Shown: positions 1 through 16,279 of the stretch, in pieces
How positions within the stretch are numbered: the first letter of the stretch is position 1
Layout of the letters: the number at the start of each line of letters is the position of its first letter
Made by a program: the position numbers and the translations under genes
Notes under the pieces: generated by a model
What the model was told of the DNA's origin: nothing
The model's input: only the letters and a program-made list of their open reading frames with translations
Database searches by the model: none
Assembly: GCF_009914755.1 (NCBI RefSeq)
Contig: NC_060942.1
Direction: 5' to 3' (one strand)
Length of the DNA: 64,000 nucleotides
Source of the DNA: the human T2T-CHM13v2.0 reference genome, Homo sapiens

Positions 1-910
1 AGATCTATCATGCTAACACTACAAAAGATAAACTATGCTAACTAATCAAAAAGAAAGTTGGAGTAGCTCTGCTAATTTCAGGAAAAGCAGATTTTAGATC
101 AAGGGAGATTAACAGAGAAAATGAAAAGTACCACATAATGATAAAGGGGTAGATTCTCAAAGAAATATAATATTCCTAACATATGTGACCTACCAAAAAA
201 AATCAAACAGCACGAGGCAAAAAATAATCGAATAAAAGAGAAAAATAAACAAATCCATCATCATAGTTGGAGGCTACAACATCTCTCTGTCAGTAACAGA
301 TAGATCAAGTAGGTAGAAAATCAATATGAATACAGATGACCTGAGCAGCAATAATAATCAGATTGATCTAATTAACTTTTATAAAATAATCTATCTAGGA
401 ACAGAATACATTCCTCTCCAGCTCACATAGAATATTTACCAAGATAGATCATGTTTGGGGGCATTAAGCACACTTTCATGTATTTTAAAAATTTGAAACC
501 ATATAAGGTAGCTTAGACTATAATGGAATTAAAATAGAAATTAATCACAGGTAATGAGAAAATCCTTAATATTTGGAAATTAAAAGCATAATTTTAAAAA
601 ACACATGGGTCAAAGTATAACTCTCAAAAATAGGACTTATCAAACTTGGAGTATGCAGCAAAAACAGTGCTTAGAGCAAAAGTTATAGCATTATATGCAT
701 AGACCAGAAAAGAAGAAAGTTCTCAAATTAGTAATCTAAGCTTCTGTTTTAGGAAACTAGAGAAAGAAGAGTAATTTAAGCCAAAACAAGCCAAAGAAAA
801 GAACTAATGCATTTGGAACATATACCAATGAGCTTGAAAAACATAGAGAAAAATCAACAAAACCCCAAATTAGTCCTTACAAAACATCAATGAAATTAAT
901 AAAACGCTAG
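1..910 (+). mobile_element. Old L1 (L1M-type) ORF2 endonuclease-region fragment, degenerate; runs off the window start
   Basis: L1 ORF2-like motifs gttggagtagctctgctaatttcaggaaaagcagatttt, cataatgataaagggg, agctcacatagaatatttaccaagatagatcat and aaaacagtgcttagag; many stop codons. Confidence 0.8.
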
Positions 911-1340
911 GGATTAATAAATATATTGGGAATAGTCAAACATAAAACAAATAAAATGTATATTATGCATAAACTTCCCTGTGTAATCCTTATAAAAACC
1001 CCATAAATTAAGGCCTGTAATTATTTCCCATTCATACATGAGGAAAATAGATCATATATTGAAGATTACATAATAAACCAAGTTATTCTAAAATCCAAGC
1101 TCAAACTATTAAAATTTAATATCTCAATGCAATATAATTTGCATTGGGTTTATATAAGTTAGGAAGACTTTGGCTGCCAAGTAACATTGCACCTTGAATT
1201 AAAATGGTTTAAACAGTGTATTATTTCATGTAACAAGAGGTTCAGAGTTTGGTAAGTGTCAAGCTTGGTATGTCAGGACTTCAACTCGTTTTTTATTTTT
1301 CCTTTCTATTTATAGCTTTTTGTATATTGCTTTATCCTCA

Positions 1341-1402
1341 GTTTGGCATCCGTTTTGTGCTGCTATAACAGAATCCCCTAGCCTGGGTAATTTATAAAAT
1401 AG
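1341..1402 (-). mobile_element. Short MaLR LTR terminal fragment (MLT1A/MST-like)
   Basis: tccgttttgtgctgctataacagaatcccctagcctgggtaatttataaa resembles the reverse complement of the MaLR LTR 3' end. Confidence 0.5.
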
Positions 1403-1612
1403 GGGGATTGGATTACATTACCAGTTAGACTTTTTATTTCAGGTGCAGTGTGTACTAGGGGGTCAACCACCACAATCACTGAAAAGATAGGCTCTTCAAT
1501 GTCAAAAATACTCTTTTCTACTGGCATTGGTAGTATAGTAGTAAGAAGAGCTGCCTTTCAAAATACTTTTTTTCTGTATGAAAAGGCCTGGGAAGTCAAT
1601 GAAAACTACTGA

Positions 1613-1922
<310 letters not shown>

Positions 1923-2356
1923 AATACAGATATTTTTGATACATGTGTGATATACACTATGGCATAACTCCATAGTATTGCGGTATCACTAAATATATAC
2001 ATCTTTAATATTTTGAATATTCATGGCAATTAATTGTTTTGAAAAATCCATCAGTAAAGCTAATGCTTCCAATAATCACTAACACAATCCTTCATCACTC
2101 TTAGCATGTCTTTGTTTTATGAAGTTTTTTATAATAAAGTTGTTTAAAAAATGGTCTCCAACATTGCAAGTTTTATTATTTAGTTTAGTATTCATGACAA
2201 GTAAATAAATAGATGACACTTTGTATAGGAAATCAATGGTAATCATTCAGTGAGTGATATAATCAATATACTAAAGTGCATATCAAAGAAAGGAAAGAAT
2301 GGAGAATCCAAAAAAAATTTTAAAGTGGGGGTATTTACTGGATTGTATAAGACACG

Positions 2357-2721
2357 TGCTATGGTCTGGATGTATCTGCCCTCCTAAAATGCATAAATTC
2401 ATATGTTAAAATTCTAACCCCTAAGTCAATAGTATTAGGAAGTAGATCCTTTGGGTTGTGTTTAGATCATGGGCTTAAAACCATCATAAATGAAATTAGT
2501 GCCGTTATAAAACAATCCTTAGAGAGATCTTGCCCCTTCCACCATGTGAAGATACATCAAGAGAGCCCCATTTATGAAATGGGTTCTTGCCAGACGCAGG
2601 ATCTGCCAGTGTCTTTATCTTGGACATCTCAGCCTCCAGAACTGTGAGAAATCAATATTTCATGTTTATAACCCACCAAATTTAAGATATTCTGTGATAG
2701 CTGCCCAAATGGATTAAAACA
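2357..2721 (+). mobile_element. MLT1A-like MaLR solo LTR
   Basis: Starts tgctatggtctggatgt, contains ccttccaccatgtgaagatac and cagcctccagaactgtgagaaat, ends atggattaaaaca (TG...CA). Confidence 0.85.
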
Positions 2722-2956
2722 AGTTAAGGTATGATTTCTCGCTATTCACACATAAAATAAAGAAAAAGTTATATCCCTATTCCTTTTGCCTATTAGATAT
2801 GCTTTTCTTATGATATTTGTCTTTGTACAAAGAGCTGTTTATATCTCATTTGTGTCATGTTATGTAAATACGAATATTCAATGAAAGTTTAGTCTGCTGA
2901 AGTCATGCAGTGCCTAACAGGGAGTAGGTACGTGATAAGTGTTAACAGAGAGAGAC

Positions 2957-3468
2957 TGTGTAATTCTAGGTAATATTTGTGCTTCTTAGGGTAAGCAGTC
3001 AAAACCAGTAAAAGCTAACTTAGGAATAGAAGTGACTAAGTCACATGGTAGAAGACAGCTGACAGAATATTTAGGAGATTGGACAATTACACATGACATC
3101 CACCCTGTCACAAATAAATATAAAGTCATTCCACAGGGTTAGTCTGGAGATGAAGACATTGAATGCACAAACTTTACCTTAGTTCCACCTTCACCAACAT
3201 GGATCCAGTCTGTTTTCTTCCTTTTAATGTGCAGCGCTTAAATCTCAGGCAGGAACATCACATTAGTAGAAGTTAGGGTACATATCCGTATACCAGCTGC
3301 AGAGGAATCGCGAGGAAAATCGAGAGGAAAGATGGAATCACGAATATGGAACAAATTCAGTCTCCACAAAGGAATGTAGGGCTAGCCACTCAAGAGAAAA
3401 ATGTCCCAAATGTAGGAATAGAGTTGGGTGTTTGGAAGCGTAATAATATTGCAAATGCCGTTGCAACA
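2957..3468 (-). mobile_element. Very old MLT1-type LTR remnant (tentative)
   Basis: Weak similarity to old MLT1 termini (ttcttagggtaagcagtcaaaaccagtaaaagctaactt ... aaatgccgttgcaaca). Confidence 0.3.
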
Positions 3469-3909
3469 GTAATTTTATTAAGAGTTTAACCCTTTTAAAA
3501 AGAGCCAAATTATTTTTAAAAAAGAGCTTTATTATTTTGAAGCTGAAAGGGACAGGATATAGCATATACATACACACACATATATATAATATTTGTGCAA
3601 ATATACATGTTTTATGTTTGTATGTATGTGTGTGTGCATGCTACTACTCTGTCTACTGAACCCATTGCAGACAGAGCTAATTGATGCTATGTTTTTTTTT
3701 TTTCTACCCAGCCAAACACAATTTTTCCACATACTATGATCCAGGTAGCTAATGCTAATCAATCAGAGTTGGCAGTTAAGATAAAATCTACTTGCAAACA
3801 TAAAACCACATTACTGTACAAATGAGAAGTCAGAGACTGAAAGAATTTAAAGAACATTCTCAAGTTACTTATCAAGACAGATAGTTAATGGAAAACTCAG
3901 GGCTAATGG

Positions 3910-4132
3910 CTAATAGCTAACATTTATCTAACTCCTCAATCTACCAGTCACTCTTCTGAATGTTTTATGTCTAGTAATGCATTTAATCCTCATAACATCC
4001 ATGTAAGATAAGCATTATTATAATCCTCAATTTTATAGATGAGACAGTGAAGCACAGATAAGTAATTTGAAGATTCAAGATTTGAATCCAGACACTCCAA
4101 AATCCAGAGCCCACATTCTTTACCATGATGCT
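3910..4132 (-). mobile_element. MIR SINE
   Basis: atttaatcctcataac, attttatagatgagacagtgaagcacaga and gatttgaatccagac match the reverse MIR core. Confidence 0.8.
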
Positions 4133-5088
4133 AAATTTCTCATAAAACTTAAAAAAGAGACAAATTCTGGTTTTAAAAATTACTCTAGCCAAACTTCAAA
4201 GATATCTAAAAATTATTATTTTTATTCACTCAGAATGTGTATCTTATAGCTCCTAGTTACTGGAACAAGTTTCTTGATATTATAGTTAAATTGATCTCAA
4301 AAGTTTTGCTATTAAATTGTCCATGATTGCTAGAAGATTCTTTCCACAACAGCCTCACATGTCTTGTTCACCATTCACAGACTGTTGAATATAATAAAAG
4401 TATTGGTCATTATTTTTATTCTTAGCCTCTAAATCAAGAAGATAATTTGTTCCTTTTAACTTCTTTAAAAATTCAACCTCATGCTAAAGAAGAAAACGAA
4501 AACAAAATCTTAAGACACAGAACTGTGACTTGTATTATCTCTGAGTATTATTGTTACATGTGTAAAATAAAATTAGAATGTATGTCTCTAAGATGTATTT
4601 ACATTGTAGGAACGATCTCTTAGAAAAGGGATATTTCACATAATTTATTTGAGAATATTGAAGACATTTTCTAATAAAAAATATAATTCATTCACTTAAA
4701 GAGTAATATATTTCTCTTGTTCAGTTATTTTCTAGTTGCAAACTAGGGCTTTCTTCTAACATTAATACAGGGAATAATTATCTTGGTAATTCCCTAGAAG
4801 CTTGTAACTTTTACAATTTTACCTTTTATATGAAGTGCATAACAAGGGAAACCCTCATAAAAACCTTCTCAAAATTCTATACTTTTACCACAACACATTA
4901 TAATAAAGATCACAGTTTAAATGAGAAATGAAAAGAACAAGTCTGAAAGTATCTTAAATACAAAAGTGTATGTAGAAAATTATAATCCTGATGCTATTTG
5001 TGTAAGAAAATAGAGAAAAAATCTAAATATTGCTCAATATAAGATTCATTAAAGTGAGGTATTTTTGTTCTTTAAAATACTATGTAAG

Positions 5089-7983
<2,895 letters not shown>

Positions 7984-8218
7984 GGCTGGGTATGGTGGCT
8001 AATGTCTGCAATCCCAGCACTTTGAGAAGTTGAGGAGGGTGGATCACTTTAGTCCAAAAATACAAAAATTAACCAGGATGGGTACTGCGTGCCTGTAGTA
8101 CCAGATACTTAGAAGGCTGAGGTGGGAGCATCACTTGAGTCCAGGTAGTTGAGGCTGCAGTGAGCTGTGATCACATCACTGCATTTCAGTCTGGGCGACA
8201 CAAGAAGACCCTGTCTAC
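7984..8218 (+). mobile_element. AluJ with a left-arm internal deletion and no poly-A tail
   Basis: AluJ-type gaggctgcagtgagctgtgatc and agaccctgtct; left arm jumps from agtcca to aaaaatacaaaaatt. Confidence 0.9.
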
Positions 8219-8545
8219 AACCAAATGGCTATCAGCAAGTAAATGCATAAACAAGTTCCCACAAAGCCACACAATAAAATACATGGATTTCAAAACAAAT
8301 TTGGTGAGTGAATTAGATCAGAGGGGAAAAAAAGGACTATACTGATCATTTCATTTAAACAAAATTCTATAATGTATAATAGAGGATACAAGTGCAAACT
8401 AATGTATAGAAATCCAATCAGCACAGATCAGGAGATGCAGGGTGAGATAGTATAAAGGGATGTAAGACAACATGACAAGTCTTACAAAATCACATGCTTG
8501 AAATGTGTGCAGTTTATTAAAAATGACTGTTATATTTAAACAAGC
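8219..8545 (+). mobile_element. Old L1 (L1M) 3'-end fragment
   Basis: aaccaaatggctatcagcaagtaaatgcataaacaa, acatggatttcaaaac and actatactgatcatttcattta are typical of L1M 3' ends. Confidence 0.55.
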
Positions 8546-11149
8546 AATTTTAGATTCAAATTTATGTCTGTGAAGAGGTAGTAATGATATGTTAATTAAA
8601 TAGAAATTAAGTATATCAATTACTATATAGAGTACATAAATTAAGAGTAATATAAACTTTAGTTTTTCATTATTTTCTGGAAAGCATGGCACTTGGTCTT
8701 ATCTGGGTTCAAGCCGGGGGTAGGGGCTGAACAAATGATAATTATTATTTGCATGTTTCTAATCCTTCTTATGGAATGATCAAGAAAGAAGATGTTTGAG
8801 AATGACTTTGGATTGTCAACCAAAAGTACCTACCAACACAAATAATTTAAATTTTGTGGGAAAAAAAGTAGAAAAAAGAAAGAAAAGTAGATAGATAAAA
8901 TTTTACCAGTGGATATATAGAGAGATTGATATAAATATTGATATGGATAGAGATACAGACATGGGTATAGATATAAGTAAACATAGAGGTATAGATATAG
9001 ATACATATAGATGAAAAAATAAATTATTTATGTTGAGAAGATTGTGTTAGTGGAGGTGGGTCTATATATTTAGTTAGGCCTAGAAAAAAATCCTGAAATA
9101 TGAAGCACTAAATTCATAGTAAGAATTATTCTTAGTTGAAGGATTATAGCACAGCTGTTCCTTTTATTATTTACATTTTTTCCTGAATTTCCTAACATTT
9201 TCTTTTTAAATATTCCAGTGAACATGGATTATATTGCCAATTAGCAAAAGGTGATAAACTGTTAAATATTTAACATTTATATCCTAAAAGGAAAGTTACC
9301 AAAATAATCACATAGCAGATCATCAACCCAATACATAACCCTAGAAATGAAAATTGCCCCAGCTGTGCCTATCATCCAGCATGTTCCAGTCCTATACTCC
9401 TACATCTCTTATTTCTCCACTTTTTTCACGGTTCTCTGCTTAAATGTGCACACACTGGAGAGGACCTTTTTGAATACCTTAAATGAACTTGTTGTACAAA
9501 TGTAGAAACTTTGGCTTAAGTTTTAGCAGCTGATATTCAAATGTCTTCATGAAAGCTACCATAGTCTTCCAGATGAACTTTATCTAATTATTCTCTCTGA
9601 ATCGTCTCAGTCCCAACCAAGGGGAAGAGAAGGGTCTGCTGCCAGATTACATAGATATTTGCAGATAAATTAAAATGCAGTCCTTTTTTTCAGGCCATGA
9701 TTGAGAAAGAGGTCTGGATTACTATTTGTAAAATCATGTGTATAAATTTAAATGCATGTCATTTTATCACTATAAAAACCTTTTATATAAATAGTTTTAA
9801 TGATAATGTGCACAATTGTTTGTTTCTAAAAACCTTAAAGGACAAAAGATCAAGGTGGCCTGTGTCCTGTTCAGGTGGCATTCTTCAACCTTCCCAATGT
9901 CCGATGAATCAGTTATGTTTCACATATAGGTCTGTGAAGCATTAGCTGAACATATCACTGTTTCTGTCTTTGATGATTTTTTATCCTCTTGAGTAACTGC
10001 TTCCAAACTCTTACTGCTTATTTTAGTGGTTTGAGTAACTGAAGCACAATATGTAAGAACTGAATGGGGACCTAGGGATAAATCAATTTTATTAAAGAAA
10101 TCTTTCAACAAAAAGTACAAGCACAGAGATGCTTCTGAATTTTCTTTAGGAGGGAGACGGGGTGCTGGCCAGGAGATAGTTAGCTTCAAGTCCATTTGCC
10201 TGAAATTCTCCTGTGGGCCCATGATAGTTCTAGTGACTCTTGGAGCACAATTTGAAAACACATATTTAGTCCAAACTTTATTTTATAAAATCAAAAGTTA
10301 AGTGATTCGTACATGCTCATACAGGTAATGGTAATTTTTCTAACAAGTTGTCTTGTGCAACTAATGACTCAACAACTTTCAATGGAATGAACTTATTACC
10401 ATGGGAATCTCCAGAACCCAGTTCACCTCCCACTGATCCTGAGTGACTCATGCCACCAAAGTAGCATACATATGCCTCTATTTTAAAAAATAAAAGCAAC
10501 AGACTGCACAGCCTACAGAACAATGTAGGCTGTCAGGCTTTCTAGACAATGATACTCATGCACCCTGAGTCTTTGTTCAGATAGTATCCTTAGTTGTATC
10601 TTAAGCAACTCAAGCTGTGACCACTTGTCACCTCTCTGAGATTCAGTCCAGGACTTCTATTTTTATACGTATTAAGTGCTCAGATAATAAATAAAAATGA
10701 CAAATACATCTTGTTGGACAGGCCAAGTCCAACTTGTTGACAATAATTGCACAGAGTTGTGGTTTTCTGCAGTCACTGCTGTTACTGTTATTGTTTTTTA
10801 ATGAGAATTATGAGGCGATATTCAGATTCACCATAAAAGAGCTTCATAACTAATTTGCCAAGTCTTACATGAGCTCTAAAGGGTGATATTTTGACATGCA
10901 TGCCATAGATATGCCACACCTATTCTGAATTTTGACAAACTCTACAAGACAAAACCATAATATTATACAAGTGCCTTCCTCAACTTTCTCAATGCCTGCT
11001 GGTGAGTTATTTCTGCTTCACTTGTCTCCCTCAGCCCCAGTACTAATGACCTTTCCTGTGAGTTTTAATACACATAGCTAATTGATCCTTTGTGTATTCC
11101 CCTGCCTCTAGAATTTGCTATTCAACTATTTTTTACATTATATTAATAA

Positions 11150-11280
11150 ATAAAGTCTTCCAAACTACATATTCCCAAAAAATCATTCATATTAGGTTTA
11201 TGATAGGGACTGAGAGTTTATATTTTTTAGAAGTTTCCTAGATAAATCAATGGCATAAAAAAATTAAGAATCATTACCAT
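11150..11280. mobile_element. MER5-like hAT remnant (tentative)
   Basis: taggtttatgatagggactgagagtttatattttttagaagtttcctagataa resembles the MER5 internal sequence. Confidence 0.4.
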
Positions 11281-11473
11281 AAACCATATTTCTTTGGAAG
11301 ATTTCCTCAAATTCAATAACTTTCAAATCCTGTTACTGTCAGTGGGAATCTGGACAATTTTAAAGCCAGGGTGAGAATATATCAACCTTCTTAAACATAA
11401 ATATTACATAGTCAAACATCACCTAGAAACCAAGTGGTGGAGCTGTGTGTCATCCAAAATAATGTTAAAGACA

Positions 11474-11476
<3 letters not shown>

Positions 11477-11519
<43 letters not shown>
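11477..11519. repeat. (AT)n microsatellite, about 21 units
   Basis: Perfect alternating AT run. Confidence 0.97.
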
Positions 11520-11524
<5 letters not shown>

Positions 11525-12050
11525 AAAGTTATTTACATATATAACCTTCAGTATACACATGCATGCATGTAAGTTATGAAAGTTATATATACATGCATGT
11601 ATGTAACTTTCATTACATATGCAGAATAACTTGAAAGGACTATAAAATCTATTATAGTAGTAGAAACTCAATAAATGTCTTTTTAATAAATGTCTTTTTT
11701 AATAAAAGAAATAATTGATTGTGACCTAGTAATGGCCAGATCAGGTTTATTTTGTTAAATAAGCAAAAATATTTGCTGCTGAAAGAGTTCTAGAAAAATG
11801 GTTTAAGCAGTAGCAGACTTGTTTTTCCAAATCCCATATAAAAACAGAAATAGCAATGAAATAGCAAAACAACAATGAAACGAACACTTATTACAAAACC
11901 TGGTAACAGAATAGCCCTCATATTACTCATAATATTGTTGACAACATTAATTATAATAGAAGGTTTAAAAATGGAATATTTGTAACATAAAAACGAAATA
12001 AAGAGATGAAAATATTTGAGAGAAGGTGACAAAAATTGAAGATGGGCAAC

Positions 12051-12465
12051 TGTATTAGTGCATTTTGCATTGGTATAAAGGAATATCTGAGATTGGCTAA
12101 TTTATAAAGAAAAGAGATTTATTTGGCTCACAATTCTGCAGACTGTACAAGCATGGCCCTCGCATCTGCTTGGCTTCTGGTGAGGGCTTAGGAAGCTTTT
12201 GCTCATGGTGGAAGGCGAAGGGGGAGCAGGTGTGTCACATGGCAAGAGAGGGAGCAAGAGAGGAGGAGGTGTCCGGCTCCTTTAAACAACCAGCTTTCAT
12301 GTGAACTAACAGATTGAGAACTGACTTATTACTGAAGGGAGGGCACCAAGCCATTCACGAGGAATTTCCTCTCATGACTCAAACACCTCCTACTAGGCCC
12401 ACCTTCAACATTGAGATCACATTTTAACATGAGATTTGGAGGGGAGACACATCCAAACCATGTCA
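12051..12465 (-). mobile_element. MSTB-like MaLR solo LTR
   Basis: tgtattagtgcattttgcattggtataaaggaatatctgag ... catccaaaccatgtca; 5-bp TSD gcaac/gcaat. Confidence 0.92.
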
Positions 12466-12599
12466 GCAATGAAGATTTGGCATACAAGTAATAGGAGTTG
12501 AAGAAGCAAACCAAACTAAAGCAAAAATAAAAATTAAAAAAAAAAATAAGAAAAATTTCCCCCCAACACAAATAAAATTGAAGCCACTTATTGAAACGG

Positions 12600-13030
12600 C
12601 ATACAGTATACTTAACGATATCAACCCAGATGAGCATTAAAAAAACAGGAAGAGAATAGGGAAGGTGGAAATAATGGCATTTGTATAATCCATGAAGGCA
12701 TGCAGCAAGATATACTGAAACTAAATACAAAACTTGGAAGAGAAAGGGAAAAGCATGAGCAAAGATATAACAAAAGCCAAAATAAAATTTTAACTGTTAC
12801 TATACTCATCATTAATTGTGATAGTGTTAGAATTGTTATTCAGAGCCTGTTGTATGTGAAAAGTGAGACAAAGTAAATGAATAATGATGGGATATTCTAT
12901 TATTCCCATTGTCCTTGAGAACACATATTCTCTGTATGGAAGAAAAGTAATGTAACCTAGAAGAAGTTAAGTGAAAACTCCGTACTCCTGAATTTGAATT
13001 GGAAATTTCAATCTGAACTTCATTATATGT
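12600..13030 (+). mobile_element. L1MC-type 3' region fragment
   Basis: gtccttgagaac...ggaagaaaag...aagttaagtgaaaactccgtactcctgaatttgaattggaa resembles L1MC4/5 3' ends. Confidence 0.55.
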
Positions 13031-14054
13031 GAAGAATAGAAACCTGGAGGAAATAAAAGTATTTGTCTACCTTTTAGAAATAAAATATTGACCATCAAGT
13101 TTCTAATGACTATCTGCAAGGAAGAGCAAATGAGTTTTATTTTATTTAATATTTATTTTTGGAAGGATGGTGGACTGAGGTGCCTTTTAGTGTATTTGAA
13201 GCTCATAATGTGGATAAAAGGAGAAAAAAGACTTGGCAGTACAGGAGGGAATTCTGAGAGAAAATAGGGATACAAAGACACCAAGTTCATGGCTTTGAAT
13301 GTCTAGGCCCCATCCCTGAAAGTTTCCTTATGGTTCATCTTCGGCCTGGAAGTTTCAGGACCCAGACACTGTAGCAAGGATCTCTGTGAGGAGCGCTATC
13401 CCAATGCCCAAATCATTCTTGGATCAGAGAAAATCCCACACTTCTGGTCCAAAGTCTTCTGGCCCAGTTGCCTGCCATTCAGTGCATTGGGACTTAACTC
13501 TGATCCTACTTTAAGATCTCACTTACTGGAGGTGTGGTCTTTATTTGAGTGGAAACACTGCAATTCTTGAGCTAAACTGCTTAGCTATCCAAAGAGAAAG
13601 CTGACCTGCTGCATGCTGCACACTCAGATACTTGTAAGCCTTCAGGTAGTACTCTACATGGGGTAGTACACTACAGTGGATAGTGTTTGGGAGGAGTGCC
13701 ATGTCTTTCCTTGGGCGAGAGTGAGCCCCTTAGAAAACTCTGAGTTGACAACAGAGCACATGGTACTCTCCTATAGCAGTGGGAATGTGTGGGGCTGGGC
13801 CAGGAAGAGGTGAACTAATTCTGTGTGAGGTCATGTTTTTAAGAAAAATACCAACATTTCAGCTATTCTGAGGGAATTAGGCAATATCCAGGAGAATTTC
13901 GGAAACAAAAGATCCAGTCCAGTAGTTAACCCCAAGGTAACTAGGAGCTTTGAGTATGAGAATTTATATAATTAGGTGGGTGATATCATCTCTTTTCAAA
14001 CTTACAGAAAACTCTGGATATATTTTGAAAAGGACCCAAGACAGTAACTGGATT

Positions 14055-14220
14055 ATGTAGCATCTCTAGGTTCACGAGAGTTGCACAGAGCTTTGTGGCT
14101 CAGAAGTGCTCAGCATTTGGTTTAGTGCTCAGCTGTGGCCATCTTCAATCCCTTAATAGTATTTGAACTAGTCCCACATTTTTAATTTTCACTAAGCCCT
14201 GGAAACTAACTCCTAATTCT
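14055..14220 (+). mobile_element. MER91A-like hAT-Tip100 element
   Basis: gcacagagc...ctcagaag...ttggtttagtgctcagctgtggccatctt...ttaatagtatttgaac...catttttaattttcactaagccc parallels the MER91A consensus. Confidence 0.6.
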
Positions 14221-14759
14221 TGGAAAAAGTAAACTAGTAAATGCTAGTGTAATTGTCAAGGCCCCACATTATAGGCGGGAGCTTTGGACAGTAATTTCAT
14301 CCCAGTAGGAATCTAGTGTGCAACACAAGAGACAAAAGATCATTAATTTTATAAATTCAGCTTACACAATTGAAGTTTGAGAGTAGAATATACGTAATGG
14401 ACCAAAGACGCAAAGGGACTCAGGATTGACAAGGTAGAGAACCAAGGGCCACTAAGATTAATTACAGGCATTACTTCCTAATGGGAATGGAGCTACTAAT
14501 AAATTGTCTTTCACGGTTAGGCGGTATCAGCGAGCAGATGTATCTCACACTGCAGATATTGATGATAAACTTTTCCAAAATATGAACTATGTCTTATTCT
14601 TCTATGAAGATGACTGTGAAGTTTTACAAAAATTGTGTTGCATCTTATTCTTCTATAAATTCCCAGATGGAGTATAATGCCTAGCACAAAGAAGATCAGG
14701 AGTAAATAAAACCAATCTGAACTGTAGAAAAAAGTCTTCGGTAACTATTGAGCTGTGGT

Positions 14760-14937
14760 TTTGTTCCTCACAGAAACTTGCTAGACAGGCAGGACAAGTC
14801 TTATTTATCCCAGTTTTATAAGTAAGAAAGGTAGACTTTAACTGATTAAGAGGCCCAGTAAAGCCACTTCAATGATACAAGCTGGTACCAAAATTTAGTT
14901 CTCCAGGTTCCAGTCCAGTTCTACCATGCTGTCTCTC
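14760..14937 (-). mobile_element. MIR remnant
   Basis: tcctcacagaaacttg...ttatcccagttttataagtaagaaa...ctccaggttccagtccagt. Confidence 0.5.
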
Positions 14938-14986
14938 AAATTAATAAAGTTTTAATGGACTGAAAAATGCATCCGCATAGGACTCA

Positions 14987-14988
<2 letters not shown>

Positions 14989-15027
<39 letters not shown>
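14989..15027. repeat. (GT)n microsatellite, about 19 units
   Basis: Perfect GT run. Confidence 0.97.
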
Positions 15028-15029
<2 letters not shown>

Positions 15030-15664
15030 ATAAGACCCTAAACACCATCACTGGCTCTTCAAGTAGAAACTCAGTGAAAGTGAGATTCATGTGTCATAAC
15101 CAGGAAAGGCTGTGGAATCTTCATTTAAGATTATTTCAGTTTTCTAAGACACAATGAGGAGGTAAATGAGCTATATGATGTTGTCTTCACTTCATTGTCT
15201 TTCATTATTGAACAATTCAAACCCATAAACTTTTCTAGGTCAGAATATTTTCAGGATATGAGAACAAGCTATAAATATTTCTTAAAAGCCTAGGTTATAT
15301 CATTTCATCATATTAATCAATTAAAACAATAGGCCCTAGCAATTTCTTTTTCATTATTGGGCACTACCAATCTTTTAAAAATATAGCTACTCTTCTATAT
15401 GGTTTAAGATTCTGCCTAGTGAATTGAACAACTGAATAATTATCCAGCTAGTTGAATCAAGATAGACTATTGGTCTACTTAATATTGCCTGAAATATATC
15501 TATTACATTAAAACTGATTGAGAGCCTGAAGTCTATTTGGCTATGTGAAAAATCTGATAAAATTTATATCCGTAAAATTTATATCCCCACAGAAGACAGA
15601 GTGTAATTCCTCTCTGCGGAGGTTTGTGCTCATAGAGTTAATTTGAGTCAACCTTCCTTCTAGA

Positions 15665-15845
15665 TTATAGCTGCCAGCCTTGGCTGCATATTGGAATCAC
15701 CTGGGAGCCTATTAACAGGTGGAGATTTTCAGTCCCCACACCAGACCAATTAAGTCAGAATCTCTTGAGGTGGGACCCCACAATCAGTGTTTTAAAAAGT
15801 CTACATGTGATTCTAATAGGCAAACAAGGTAGATAACCCTTATCC
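15665..15845. mobile_element. MER5A hAT-Charlie element
   Basis: ccttggctgcatattggaatcacctgggag, ccccacaccagaccaattaagtcagaatctct and gtgattctaat. Confidence 0.8.
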
Positions 15846-16279
15846 TACAGTCTTTGATGGCAGAAAATGTAATGTAGGCTTTCTTACTCTCCACTAAATG
15901 AGCATCCCCCATCTGAACATATATACTTCTATGTCATTAGTAAAAATCTACTCGGTTTTAAGTTGGCTCATCTGTGGACAGTTGCTTAGATGTGTTCAGT
16001 TTGTCCCTGGCATTTGGACCCAGCCAGGCAAAACAATGACTCTCAAACTCATCTCTTCTCCCATCATTATCTCATTCTCTCCCTCTCCAGCTTTTTTCAA
16101 CCTACTGTTATTAATTCTCTCCCCAAGAGGACTAAGAAGTTTTATATCCTCCATGTAGACCAAGATTCCATCCTCTGCCCTTGCAAGATTTGTTAATTTT
16201 GCTCTCACCAGCAAGTGACTTGATTTCCCTCTTTGGACTTTACTATAGTTCACTCTTTCCATTGTGTTCCCTTTGCATA

